This document shows positions 8,713-17,096 of a stretch of 64,000 nucleotides of DNA, in pieces. The position numbers were made by a program, and so were the translations under genes. Numbering within the stretch: the stretch's first letter is position 1; each line of letters opens with the position of its first letter. Source of the stretch: a virus. Lineage: Duplodnaviria > Caudoviricetes. The notes beneath the pieces were generated by a model, which saw only the letters and a program-made list of their open reading frames with translations, was not told the origin of the DNA and ran no database searches. The DNA lies in the IMG/VR virus record IMGVR_UViG_3300028591_000084; one strand, written 5' to 3'.

Positions 8713-11700
8713 TTACTTTTTTGTAGCATTATCCAGTTTATCGTGTAATAACAGACCAAGAACAACGTTAGTCATAATGTCATCCTTAATCTTCATATCA
8801 CCCCTAACAGCACGATCAATAATCTTACCTGCCCAACCAAATGATAAGGTTGTAAAGAAAGATTCACGATCCAAGATAGCCTTCTGAGTACCTAAATAAT
8901 CAATCTCTTCAACCTGATCTGTTCTAGGATTTCTGACAATACGAGTAAGACCAGCAAATACCATTTCAAGAATTTCTTCAGGCATATCGCCAGGACTAAC
9001 AATACCAGTTTTACTAAAATCAGAAGACATCAACATATAGTATTGATTTCTAAATATATTAAAGGCTGAAGAAATATCATCACCGAGATCTGAGGTTACT
9101 TGTCTCATATTGACAACTCCTGAACAGATTCTCTGAAGTGGTTTGATTTCAGTTCCTTCTGGATAGTAATATAGGGAGTTTGGAGAGTAGACATATTGAG
9201 TATCTCCGACAAATACTTCAATCTCACCCCTCTTATTCTCCTCATATCTGATCTTTCCACCAAAGTAAGCATAACAGTCGGCGTTAATGACTTGATCCTT
9301 CTCAAAATACTTAGTTCCATTGCTTCCCTTAGCATTCATAAGCTTAATAACAGCATTAAGGGCATAAACGGGACTAGTAGTGTGATAAGCCGAACCAATC
9401 AAATCGCCTTCTTTATAGCTCTCTTGAGGAATGCCAACCCAATTATCAGGGCGAGGATATTTCATCTCAGTTCTACCTGATTTAAGAATAAGCCACTTTC
9501 CATCCTCAATGAGAGTGCAATTCTTTGGTGCATATAGATTTCCACTAGTATCTGCTACACGTTCATGACCACCATGTTTAAGACCAAGAATTCCCTGTGT
9601 AGTACTTTCTGAAAATGAAGTACCAGCACTAAGACCTACAGCAGATCCTTCCGGGAACGATGCCTTAAGGAATCTATTGCTAAATAAGTCGGGAGTAATG
9701 ATATCAAGGTCGCCCTTAGTCTTTGTTATAATTGATCGGACGGGTACTAAGTCAAATTCGTTTCTCTTTGATACTTCAGGATAAACCTTTCCGTTAGGAG
9801 CTGTTCTACCTGATGCTACATATCTAGGAATCAAAATACCTTCATTATCGGGATCCTGACCTGTTTTGAATATATAGTTTTGTAACAAGAAACCCATTTG
9901 TCTGTTTGTATATCCGCCAAGTGGTTGATCCCCACCAGTTAAGTAAGTGGGGACTTTGATAACAGAAATTTCTTTCTGATCTAGACTATACCTTGAGCTT
10001 CTACGCTCTCATTACATATAGTCGTTGAGCTCGCTTTTATTTTCCTCTGTCTGTGTTTTGACTTTGTTTGCTTTTGCTGGATCTTCTGTATTTCCAAGAT
10101 CCCAACTACGACTGCACCAACAGAGGCAACGAGTTTTGTCACTGCATTGATAACTGAAATTACTGAATCTACTTTCATAAGCGAGTTGCTGATTAAATTA
10201 AATTAAATTTTATCCTTCCAGCAATAATTAATGATTTTATACTGGAGCACCATTTTACCACAATTATAATTTACTCCAGAATTTTTCAGAGACAACAAAG
10301 ATCTATTCTCAATTGCATGAGAAATATAATTAGTCTCAGAGAATCCCGATAAGAGAGTTTCACCTCTCGTAATAATTGGTTTCTCCTCTGGACCACTAAC
10401 GATCAATGAAGGTGATGCCATTGACATAATAGATGCTAGTTTTACACGACCAGCTCTATCAAGCTCGTTCTTCAAGTCATCACTAAACTCTGCTTCTATT
10501 TCTTTTTGGTATTTACCATAAGATTCAGTAAGAAGTAGAAGTTTTTGTTTATCTGTGAGATCCTTATTATCACAGATTTTTTCAATTTCTTTATAAGTCT
10601 TAGTGTTAATATCAGCGTATAAGGTTTTAGTGTCGAAAGTAACCACACCTCGACGCGTTACTACTTTTAAAGCAAATTTTTGTAACTCATTCGCCTTTTC
10701 AACCCAATCCTCAAATCCATAAAGATAGGTCATTAATTTAGCTGCTGACTTACCACTAAGTCTCTGATAAGGTTTCAATATCGGTTCTCCACCAACTTGA
10801 ATCAAATCCAAGTCAGCATCAATGATCTTTGAAATCCTAAGTCTACCATAAGTCGTTGTTTTAGACTTATACTCTACATTTCCAAGTTTACCAGTAAAAA
10901 CAATTGGGGTTCCATAGTTAATAACTCTGTTTACCTCAACATCCTTAACAAGTTTAGCCCAGTCATCATAAAAATATTTGGGATTCTTTAAGTCGTCTTC
11001 ACCGTTCTCAGGTACAAACTCTGATGCATTAGCTAAGCCATCCAATGTCTCATGATTAAATTCAAAGATATTCTTTAAATTCTTTTTGTAGATATTATTA
11101 TATCTAGGAGACATTTTCTTTAGAGTTTCATCTCTCTCACTCTCTGGCACTAAGATCAAACTGACCGTATCGCCATCAAAATCAGCATTAAGAGGACCAC
11201 AAAGCTCAATAGGATAGTGAATAACGTAGTCATCAAATAGCTTAATTTTGTTACAGTAGATGCTATACTCGTGAAGAGTAGGCTGTCGATTAACTCAAAG
11301 ATTAAAAACAAATTGTCCTTAATCCCTAGACTATATCTTTTTCAATTTGCACATAGTCGTTGAACCAATACTAAGATAAATTTTGTATTTCAAATTTCAA
11401 ATTAGGATCCTCAGCTACACGATCTTTTAAATACTTGTAAATATCACGTTTCTTTGATTTTTCTAAGAATTCCGTGTACCTAGTACCTTCATCATTTAAT
11501 TTTGTGTATTTCTGAAATTTTATTAGAGTATCAAACTCTAAATCTGCTAAGATGTCTGTGGGACCGCTAATAATTGCAATCACACGACCACCTAAAATCT
11601 GTTTTGGGAGCTGCTTGTTTATCCTTCTTTCCCAATCCTTAGAAAACCCTATTTTAACACTCATAGGGAAATCTAAGAAATAGATATAGCCGGAATCACC

Positions 11701-13184
11701 CTGAAACTTATTGTGAAGCAAGGTTCTATCAGCAACTCTCATTGCGTACTCCGATCCGTACCCATGAGAAGATTTGTCTAGAACATTTCTTGCTCGTATC
11801 TGGGCCATTTTATCATGCTTAGCCTCTGATCTATTCCATTCACCTATTCTACTAGTCCCAGTATATCTACCTTGGCTATGTAAAAGTTTCATGTGTTCTG
11901 ATCTAGACCAGGGAATTTGAGGATCGGAGGGCTTAAGTATCGTCATAGGCAATTTCTCCTTTCCTTCAATCTTTCTTAGTGTTGGCTGCTGATTAGGTCT
12001 CATACCTTTCCAGCAATTCTCAAATTATTAGTACCAGTTATACCTAGCACTGCCTGTTCCTCTGCATATTCCTTGAACATCTTCTGTATTTCAGGATTTT
12101 CAAACTCCTCCTGAGTAGACTTCTTAGCTTCCTCAACAGTAAAGTTAAGCTCTTTAACCAAATAGTTAATAAACCCTTCTCTACACATTTCATAAGCAAT
12201 GGAAATAGGAACACCAATTCTATCGACAGGTAATTCAGCGTCGGGAACAATAGGGAGTCTAGCCGAATTCTTCACACGAACTGAATATAAATCACGAGCC
12301 TCATTCTTTTTACTGGTATTTAACAGATCAGTGGCCTGCTTCTTACCAGCATTAAGTAACGCCCTGAGAAGAGCAGTATAACGAACCTTTTCACCTGGGG
12401 TGTCAAATTGCTCAATAACTTTACTGTATCTCTGAATAGACTCTTCATCCTTATCACTGCAAAATCTAGTAATAATACCATACCAAGTCGTGAGTGGATT
12501 AGAAGTAATTTTTTTCTTACCACCAATCATCATCGCTGATATAGGCCTCATTGCAGCAGGGAGAACTAAGTATTCTTTATTGACTAATCTCTTAAATTCA
12601 GGAACGTAACCAGGGAAATGCTTCTCAAGGATCGCTAAAAGACCCTCATAAGAACACTTCTTCTCGTCCGTTATAAACTCAGAGACCTTCAATTCATTCT
12701 TTGCCTTACTGTACGTAAATTGACAAGTATCAAAAGCTTTAATACCTAGTTTCTTAGCACTACGACCAGCATAACCATTTCTCCTAAGATCGTTACCGAA
12801 AAACTCTAACTTAATCTTAGTATCCTTGAATATCTGATCGAACAATTCTTTGAAGACATTAAATCTCAACTCATTCAAATAATAGAAAGCTAAATCAATT
12901 CTTGCAAATCTTCTTAAAGCCTCCTCTTTCGAATAAACTCTTGCACCACAATTAGGACAAGGAACACTACTTTCCTGTTTAATATGACCACAAATACACT
13001 GACCTACAAAAGGAGAGCCAAACATATCTAAGTCATATAAACCACCATTAACTGGAGTTAGTGTTGTTGAGAAACGAAGGTTGTAGTCTCCGTGATCAGT
13101 GATGACACGCTCTTTACCACCTTCAGATTTAGTATAATCCAAAATGTCCTCGTCAGTTAATAATTCAAGACTTACTTCTGCCAT
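8713..13184 (-). CDS. rpoC: phage multi-subunit RNA polymerase beta' subunit, spliced join(13184..12046,11295..10273,9925..8713), 1124 aa
   Basis: N-terminal Zn finger CICG...CPNCG, VL^VNRQPTLH, catalytic NADFDGD (in 11160-11295, missed by the ORF track), bridge-helix NSGV^PLGGYTNRQ and trigger-loop SFSESTTQGILGLKHGG. Confidence 0.92.
9926..10272 (-). mobile_element. group I intron (347 nt) in RNAP beta', predicted 3'-terminal A
   Basis: P1 exon CUGGAGU pairs with IGS GCUCCAG. P10 UGGU pairs with exon ACCA. P4 UUGCUGG/UCAGCAA, R CUCAACGACUA, S AGGUAUAGUCU, and a GUCCCCAC/GUGGGGAU hairpin before the 3' end. Confidence 0.85.
9981..10178 (-). CDS. intron-internal small ORF (hydrophobic helix + basic tail)
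   Basis: 65-aa ORF starting in the P6 loop insertion (flanked by CUCGCUU/AAGCGAG) and reading through the P7 core. Confidence 0.35.
   Translation of the reverse strand: MKVDSVISVINAVTKLVASVGAVVVGILEIQKIQQKQTKSKHRQRKIKASSTTICNESVEAQGIV
11296..12045 (-). mobile_element. group I intron (750 nt) in RNAP beta' carrying a homing endonuclease ORF
   Basis: P1 exon AGUGCU pairs with IGS GGUACU. P10 UAACU pairs with exon AGUUA. P4 UUGCUGG/UCAGCAG, R UUCAACGACUA, S AGAUAUAGUCU, terminal G. Splicing restores CT|A in VLVNRQPTLH. Confidence 0.9.
11371..12003 (-). CDS. intron-encoded GIY-YIG-like (T5orf172-type) putative homing endonuclease
   Basis: GYIYF...VKIGFSKDWERRI...LE motif preceded by short basic helical repeats (RSEHMK, RSEAKHDKM). 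Lies inside the intron. Confidence 0.7.
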   Translation of the reverse strand: MRPNQQPTLRKIEGKEKLPMTILKPSDPQIPWSRSEHMKLLHSQGRYTGTSRIGEWNRSEAKHDKMAQIRARNVLDKSSHGYGSEYAMRVADRTLLHNKFQGDSGYIYFLDFPMSVKIGFSKDWERRINKQLPKQILGGRVIAIISGPTDILADLEFDTLIKFQKYTKLNDEGTRYTEFLEKSKKRDIYKYLKDRVAEDPNLKFEIQNLS

Positions 13185-13196
13185 GATATTATAAAA

Positions 13197-14318
13197 TTAA
13201 TTCACACGTAAATCTTTCCAGATGATCTTGTTGGCGAAACTAGAATCAATAGGATTCTCCTCCGACCATTCTTTGTAAACCTGCTTGACATCCTCAATCG
13301 CTAAGGCTCTCGTCTTAGTCTTCTCACCAAGATTCTCGTAGATCTTACCCGGCTCAATGACCACTTCAATAAATTCACTGATCAACTCCTGAGTAATACT
13401 TCTTGATGCATTGGTAAATTTAGGACGAAATTCCCTATAATCCTGAATATCTTCATAGGTTAACTCCAAATCTGCATAACCAGCTCTGTTTCTAATCTCA
13501 GCAGGCTCGTTCTTCTTATCAAACCACTCTAAACCCATCTTTCTAACACGATCAGCAACCTTCTGACGACCCTTAGACTCATAGCGTTGAGCTAGTTGTT
13601 CAACTATTTCATACTGTAAGTCTTGAATCTTACTAAATGCTGCATTGATCTGCTTGTCATACTCCTCAGGCATTGTGGGACAATTAAGAATTAAGTCATA
13701 AAGATTAGAAGAGAATAAGAAAATTATAAAAGCAGGCAATTGACGCTGCTTACGTCTCTTACTGGTAATACTATCCTTGCTGAGATCTCGATTAGCTAAG
13801 TATTCAACAAACTTAGCAATATGTTCACGTGCTGCTTTGGCAAACTCCTCATTAAAGCCGTTATCACCAGTACCACCAAACTCCTCAGGCAAATCACTAG
13901 CACTGAGAGGCTTGTCCGGAACATATACACTCGAAGGAATACGGTTGTGAGACTGAGTATTGAAAACCTCGTTAGTCATGAAAGTAACAGTAGCAGAAGA
14001 AGTATTGGCAGGAATAGCATTCAGCACATTAGTAACTGCATCAACTAGATTCCCGTCAAAAATACCACTATCAAAACTTACCCTGTTCTTATTCTTACGA
14101 CTAGAAGCAGATATATTGTCATAAAACGTAGACATATCTATCTCCCTCTTAGTCATTTTACCTTCATAATTACTATTATCTACTTCTATATCTTCACCTT
14201 CATCCTCGAAATCTATATCTTCATCTTCTTCTTCTTCCTTGGAATCATCCTCTGGTTCCTCGTAATAAGAAGCAGCAAGACCATCTTCTTCATCTAATAA
14301 ATAATCATCATCATACAT
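13197..14318 (-). CDS. hypothetical protein with very acidic N-terminus, first gene of the RNAP operon
   Basis: 373 aa; roughly the first 50 residues are D/E-rich. Ends 12 nt upstream of beta'. Confidence 0.75.
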   Translation of the reverse strand: MYDDDYLLDEEDGLAASYYEEPEDDSKEEEEDEDIDFEDEGEDIEVDNSNYEGKMTKREIDMSTFYDNISASSRKNKNRVSFDSGIFDGNLVDAVTNVLNAIPANTSSATVTFMTNEVFNTQSHNRIPSSVYVPDKPLSASDLPEEFGGTGDNGFNEEFAKAAREHIAKFVEYLANRDLSKDSITSKRRKQRQLPAFIIFLFSSNLYDLILNCPTMPEEYDKQINAAFSKIQDLQYEIVEQLAQRYESKGRQKVADRVRKMGLEWFDKKNEPAEIRNRAGYADLELTYEDIQDYREFRPKFTNASRSITQELISEFIEVVIEPGKIYENLGEKTKTRALAIEDVKQVYKEWSEENPIDSSFANKIIWKDLRVN

Positions 14319-14447
14319 AATCCATAATTATTAAAATTTATTAAAATAATTAAACCTGAAATTTATTATTTTACTCATATATTAAGGAGCAGGTTGGATA
14401 TTATCGGTAAAATTAACATTTGGGGAAAGAAATTGAAAGAAAATTTT

Positions 14448-14767
14448 AGTGATAGGCAGTAGCAAACAGGGAGTCTCGCCTTCCCCTATTCGGCCATTCC
14501 TTCCTTCACTAAACGTTTCAGAAGGAAAACCCGAAACTCCCTGGATACGCCCCACGCTCGGCCCAAAAATTACAGGGGCCTCGCTCTTTATGGGGCTACG
14601 CTTTTGACAATATACCCCTGAATTTTAACTGTAATATTTTTTAGTAAAATATATGAGATAAGCGTTTTCTTAGTATATATACGAAAATGGAACAAAAATA
14701 TTACACTTTTTACTGGTAAATTCAGTCAAAAACCTAATATTTGAGGGGTTTGCTATTGCCTATCACT
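14448..14767. repeat. nested inverted-repeat region (candidate origin or structured RNA)
   Basis: 20-bp IR at 14448-14467/14748-14767 (one mismatch) enclosing CAGGGAGT/ACTCCCTG, TTTTGAC/GTCAAAA, CTGAATTT/AAATTCAG and TGTAATATTTTT/AAAAATATTACA. Confidence 0.8.
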
Positions 14768-14829
14768 CAAAAAAGGTGTGCGACCGTTAGGGAGATAACC
14801 TTTATTTAATCTTTAATTTATAATTTATT

Positions 14830-16992
14830 ATGAATATTAAGTACTATCGTACTGAAAATTTATTTAATGATTCAGAGAAAGAGATGTTATTGGGGGCTTA
14901 TTATAAAAATTTTAATTGTTCTGAGATCCTAGTAACACCAGAAAATGGGGAGCCTATAAAAAAATTAGTAGTAAAAATTAGTGAGGGCCATAAGTATGTT
15001 GATGATAGTTGGTACGAATTGCCCAGAGGAAGAGTAGTTCTTGATAAAGGAATAACAGGTTGTGGGATGACTGAATTAGCCTTAACCTGTAAAAATAGAA
15101 ATGTAATAGTACTCAGCCCTCGTCTTTTACTTTTAGAAAATAAGGCCGAACAGCATAAACAAGATCCAAATATTCTTTACTTAGATGTGACTTATGAGAA
15201 GGATACGGTTAATCTGGCAACTGGTGAAGTAAAGAAATCTAAAAAGAATAAGATAACTTATGAGGAGTTTCTTTCTATAACCAGGGATCGTATATCTAAT
15301 CATATAATTTCCTGTGCTCAACATAAGATGTGCGTAAAGTTCTTAGTTACTTACGATTCTGCTCATTATATTATTGATTTTTTAAGAGAGTATAATGCTT
15401 TAGGTAACTATACTTTTGTTGTAGATGAGATGCAGTCGCTACTGACCGATGCCTTTTTTAAACCAGAAATTGAGAATGAATTAATTACTCAATTATCTCA
15501 ACCAGACATAAGTAATGTTATTTATCTATCAGCTACTCCAATGATGGATGAGTATCTCTATCAGTTAGACGAGTTCAAAGAAATACGATATTATATGGAA
15601 CTAGATTGGACAGAGTCAGGGTTTGTAAGTAAGGTTACTGTCAATAAGAGTCAAACTACAGATCTAATGAGAGAGATGAGATCGATCATTGAAAAATATC
15701 AGAAGGGTATTTATCCTACATATACGGATCCTAATACTGGACAAGTATATATATCGACTGAGGCTGTTTTTTACGTTAACTCGGTAAAACAGATAGTGAA
15801 TACAATAAAAAGAATGAAACTTCTTCCTGATCAAGTAAATATTCTTATTTCTAAAACTCCAGAAAATCAGAAAAAGTTGTATACAATCGGTTTAAGGGAT
15901 GAAAATGATAAAAAATATTCCTATAAGTTTGGTACAATTCCTGGTAAAGGGGAACCACATAAGATGTTTACTTTCTGCACTTCAACTGTATATGTCGGAG
16001 CGGATTTTTATTCAACTTGTGCATCTACTTTTATTTTCGCAGACAGTAATATTAGTTGCTTGGCTCTAGATATTAGTACTGATCTCCCTCAAATTGTAGG
16101 GCGCCAAAGACTTGTTAGTAATGTCTTTAAAAATCAAGTAACTTTGTTCTTTAAAGTTACAAGAGAGTCGGGGTTTGCAAGTAGGGAAGACTTTGATGCT
16201 CTTCAGGAAGAACGCATGAAAGAGACAAAAATAATGATCAGGGTCTGGGAAAACCTAGATGAAGAAGCACGTAGAGTTATTTTATCTAGATACTTAGTGG
16301 CTATTAAGTATTTACAGTATGAAAAAGACTTTCTAGGATATTCAAAGACGACTGGCAAGTGTGTTGTTAATAAATTAGTTCGATTAGCTGATGAGAGAGC
16401 TTTTGAGCTTCAACAACGACTATATTCTAGTACTTTGATGGTAGTTAAAACTATTGAGGATCTTGATATAGTAGAGCAGGTTCAGAACGTTGATGAGGAA
16501 TTGAAAAGTAGGTTAGACCAGTTCCTAGCTTGTTTTTATAGTTTTGGACTTTTTACAGATCGGCTAAAATATCTTTGTGAGTTTTTGGATCTTTTTGATG
16601 ATTTCCCAGAAAATAAGCAGAGATTAATAAGTATTTTGAGTTATAGATTACCTAAAGATGTTTACTTATCGGCTTATCTTGCTTTAGGTACTAAAGGCTG
16701 CTCGGCTAGAAAGTATAGAGAAAAAGATATTAGGAAATTACTTTATAGTAGTACTAAAGAAGTTACAGTTTCTTTGAAAACTAAAGTTCTTGAAACTTTT
16801 GAGATAGGTAAAAAATATACGAAAGAAGGAATTAAAAAGACACTGGGAGATATTTATGATAGTGTTGGTAATAAAAGAAGGCCTAAAGCATCTGATCTAT
16901 TAAACTATTTTGAATTAAAAGATTGTTTAATTAGCAATAAAGAAACTGGCAAAAGAGATAGTGGTTTTGAAATATTAGGATTAAAAGAGTAA
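14830..16992 (+). CDS. SF2 helicase-like protein with C-terminal putative DNA-binding domain
   Basis: Walker A-like GITGCGMT (no Lys), Walker B VVDEMQ, motif III LSATP, motif VI QIVGRQR. Confidence 0.7.
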   Translation: MNIKYYRTENLFNDSEKEMLLGAYYKNFNCSEILVTPENGEPIKKLVVKISEGHKYVDDSWYELPRGRVVLDKGITGCGMTELALTCKNRNVIVLSPRLLLLENKAEQHKQDPNILYLDVTYEKDTVNLATGEVKKSKKNKITYEEFLSITRDRISNHIISCAQHKMCVKFLVTYDSAHYIIDFLREYNALGNYTFVVDEMQSLLTDAFFKPEIENELITQLSQPDISNVIYLSATPMMDEYLYQLDEFKEIRYYMELDWTESGFVSKVTVNKSQTTDLMREMRSIIEKYQKGIYPTYTDPNTGQVYISTEAVFYVNSVKQIVNTIKRMKLLPDQVNILISKTPENQKKLYTIGLRDENDKKYSYKFGTIPGKGEPHKMFTFCTSTVYVGADFYSTCASTFIFADSNISCLALDISTDLPQIVGRQRLVSNVFKNQVTLFFKVTRESGFASREDFDALQEERMKETKIMIRVWENLDEEARRVILSRYLVAIKYLQYEKDFLGYSKTTGKCVVNKLVRLADERAFELQQRLYSSTLMVVKTIEDLDIVEQVQNVDEELKSRLDQFLACFYSFGLFTDRLKYLCEFLDLFDDFPENKQRLISILSYRLPKDVYLSAYLALGTKGCSARKYREKDIRKLLYSSTKEVTVSLKTKVLETFEIGKKYTKEGIKKTLGDIYDSVGNKRRPKASDLLNYFELKDCLISNKETGKRDSGFEILGLKE

Positions 16993-16997
16993 TCCTT

Positions 16998-17027
16998 AGG
17001 AGAGTATAATGCTCTCCTTTTCTTTTT
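16998..17027 (+). terminator. intrinsic terminator
   Basis: AGGAGAG-TATAATG-CTCTCCT followed by a T-rich run. Confidence 0.65.
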
Positions 17028-17044
17028 ATTTCGAGAAAAAAAAT

Positions 17045-17079
17045 AAAAAAAGAAGTTATTCATCACGAACCACTTCTTT
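17045..17079 (-). terminator. intrinsic terminator with the same C-GUGAU-G loop as the 20-kb array
   Basis: Minus strand AAAGAAGTGGTTC-GTGAT-GAATAACTTCTTT followed by a T run. Confidence 0.7.
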
Positions 17080-17096
17080 CTTCCCTTAAAACTCTC

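Noticed and set aside
9927-9936. Alternative G-ending 3' splice sites for the second beta' intron
   Set aside because: They lie within the GUCCCCAC/GUGGGGAU hairpin, lack P10 support, and would insert 2-3 residues into the bridge-helix region. Disfavoured but not excluded without cDNA.
4761-13184. RNAP genes as pseudogenes or phiKZ-style split subunits
   Set aside because: Each break has group I intron P1/P7/P10 signatures, and removing it restores both the frame and a conserved motif.
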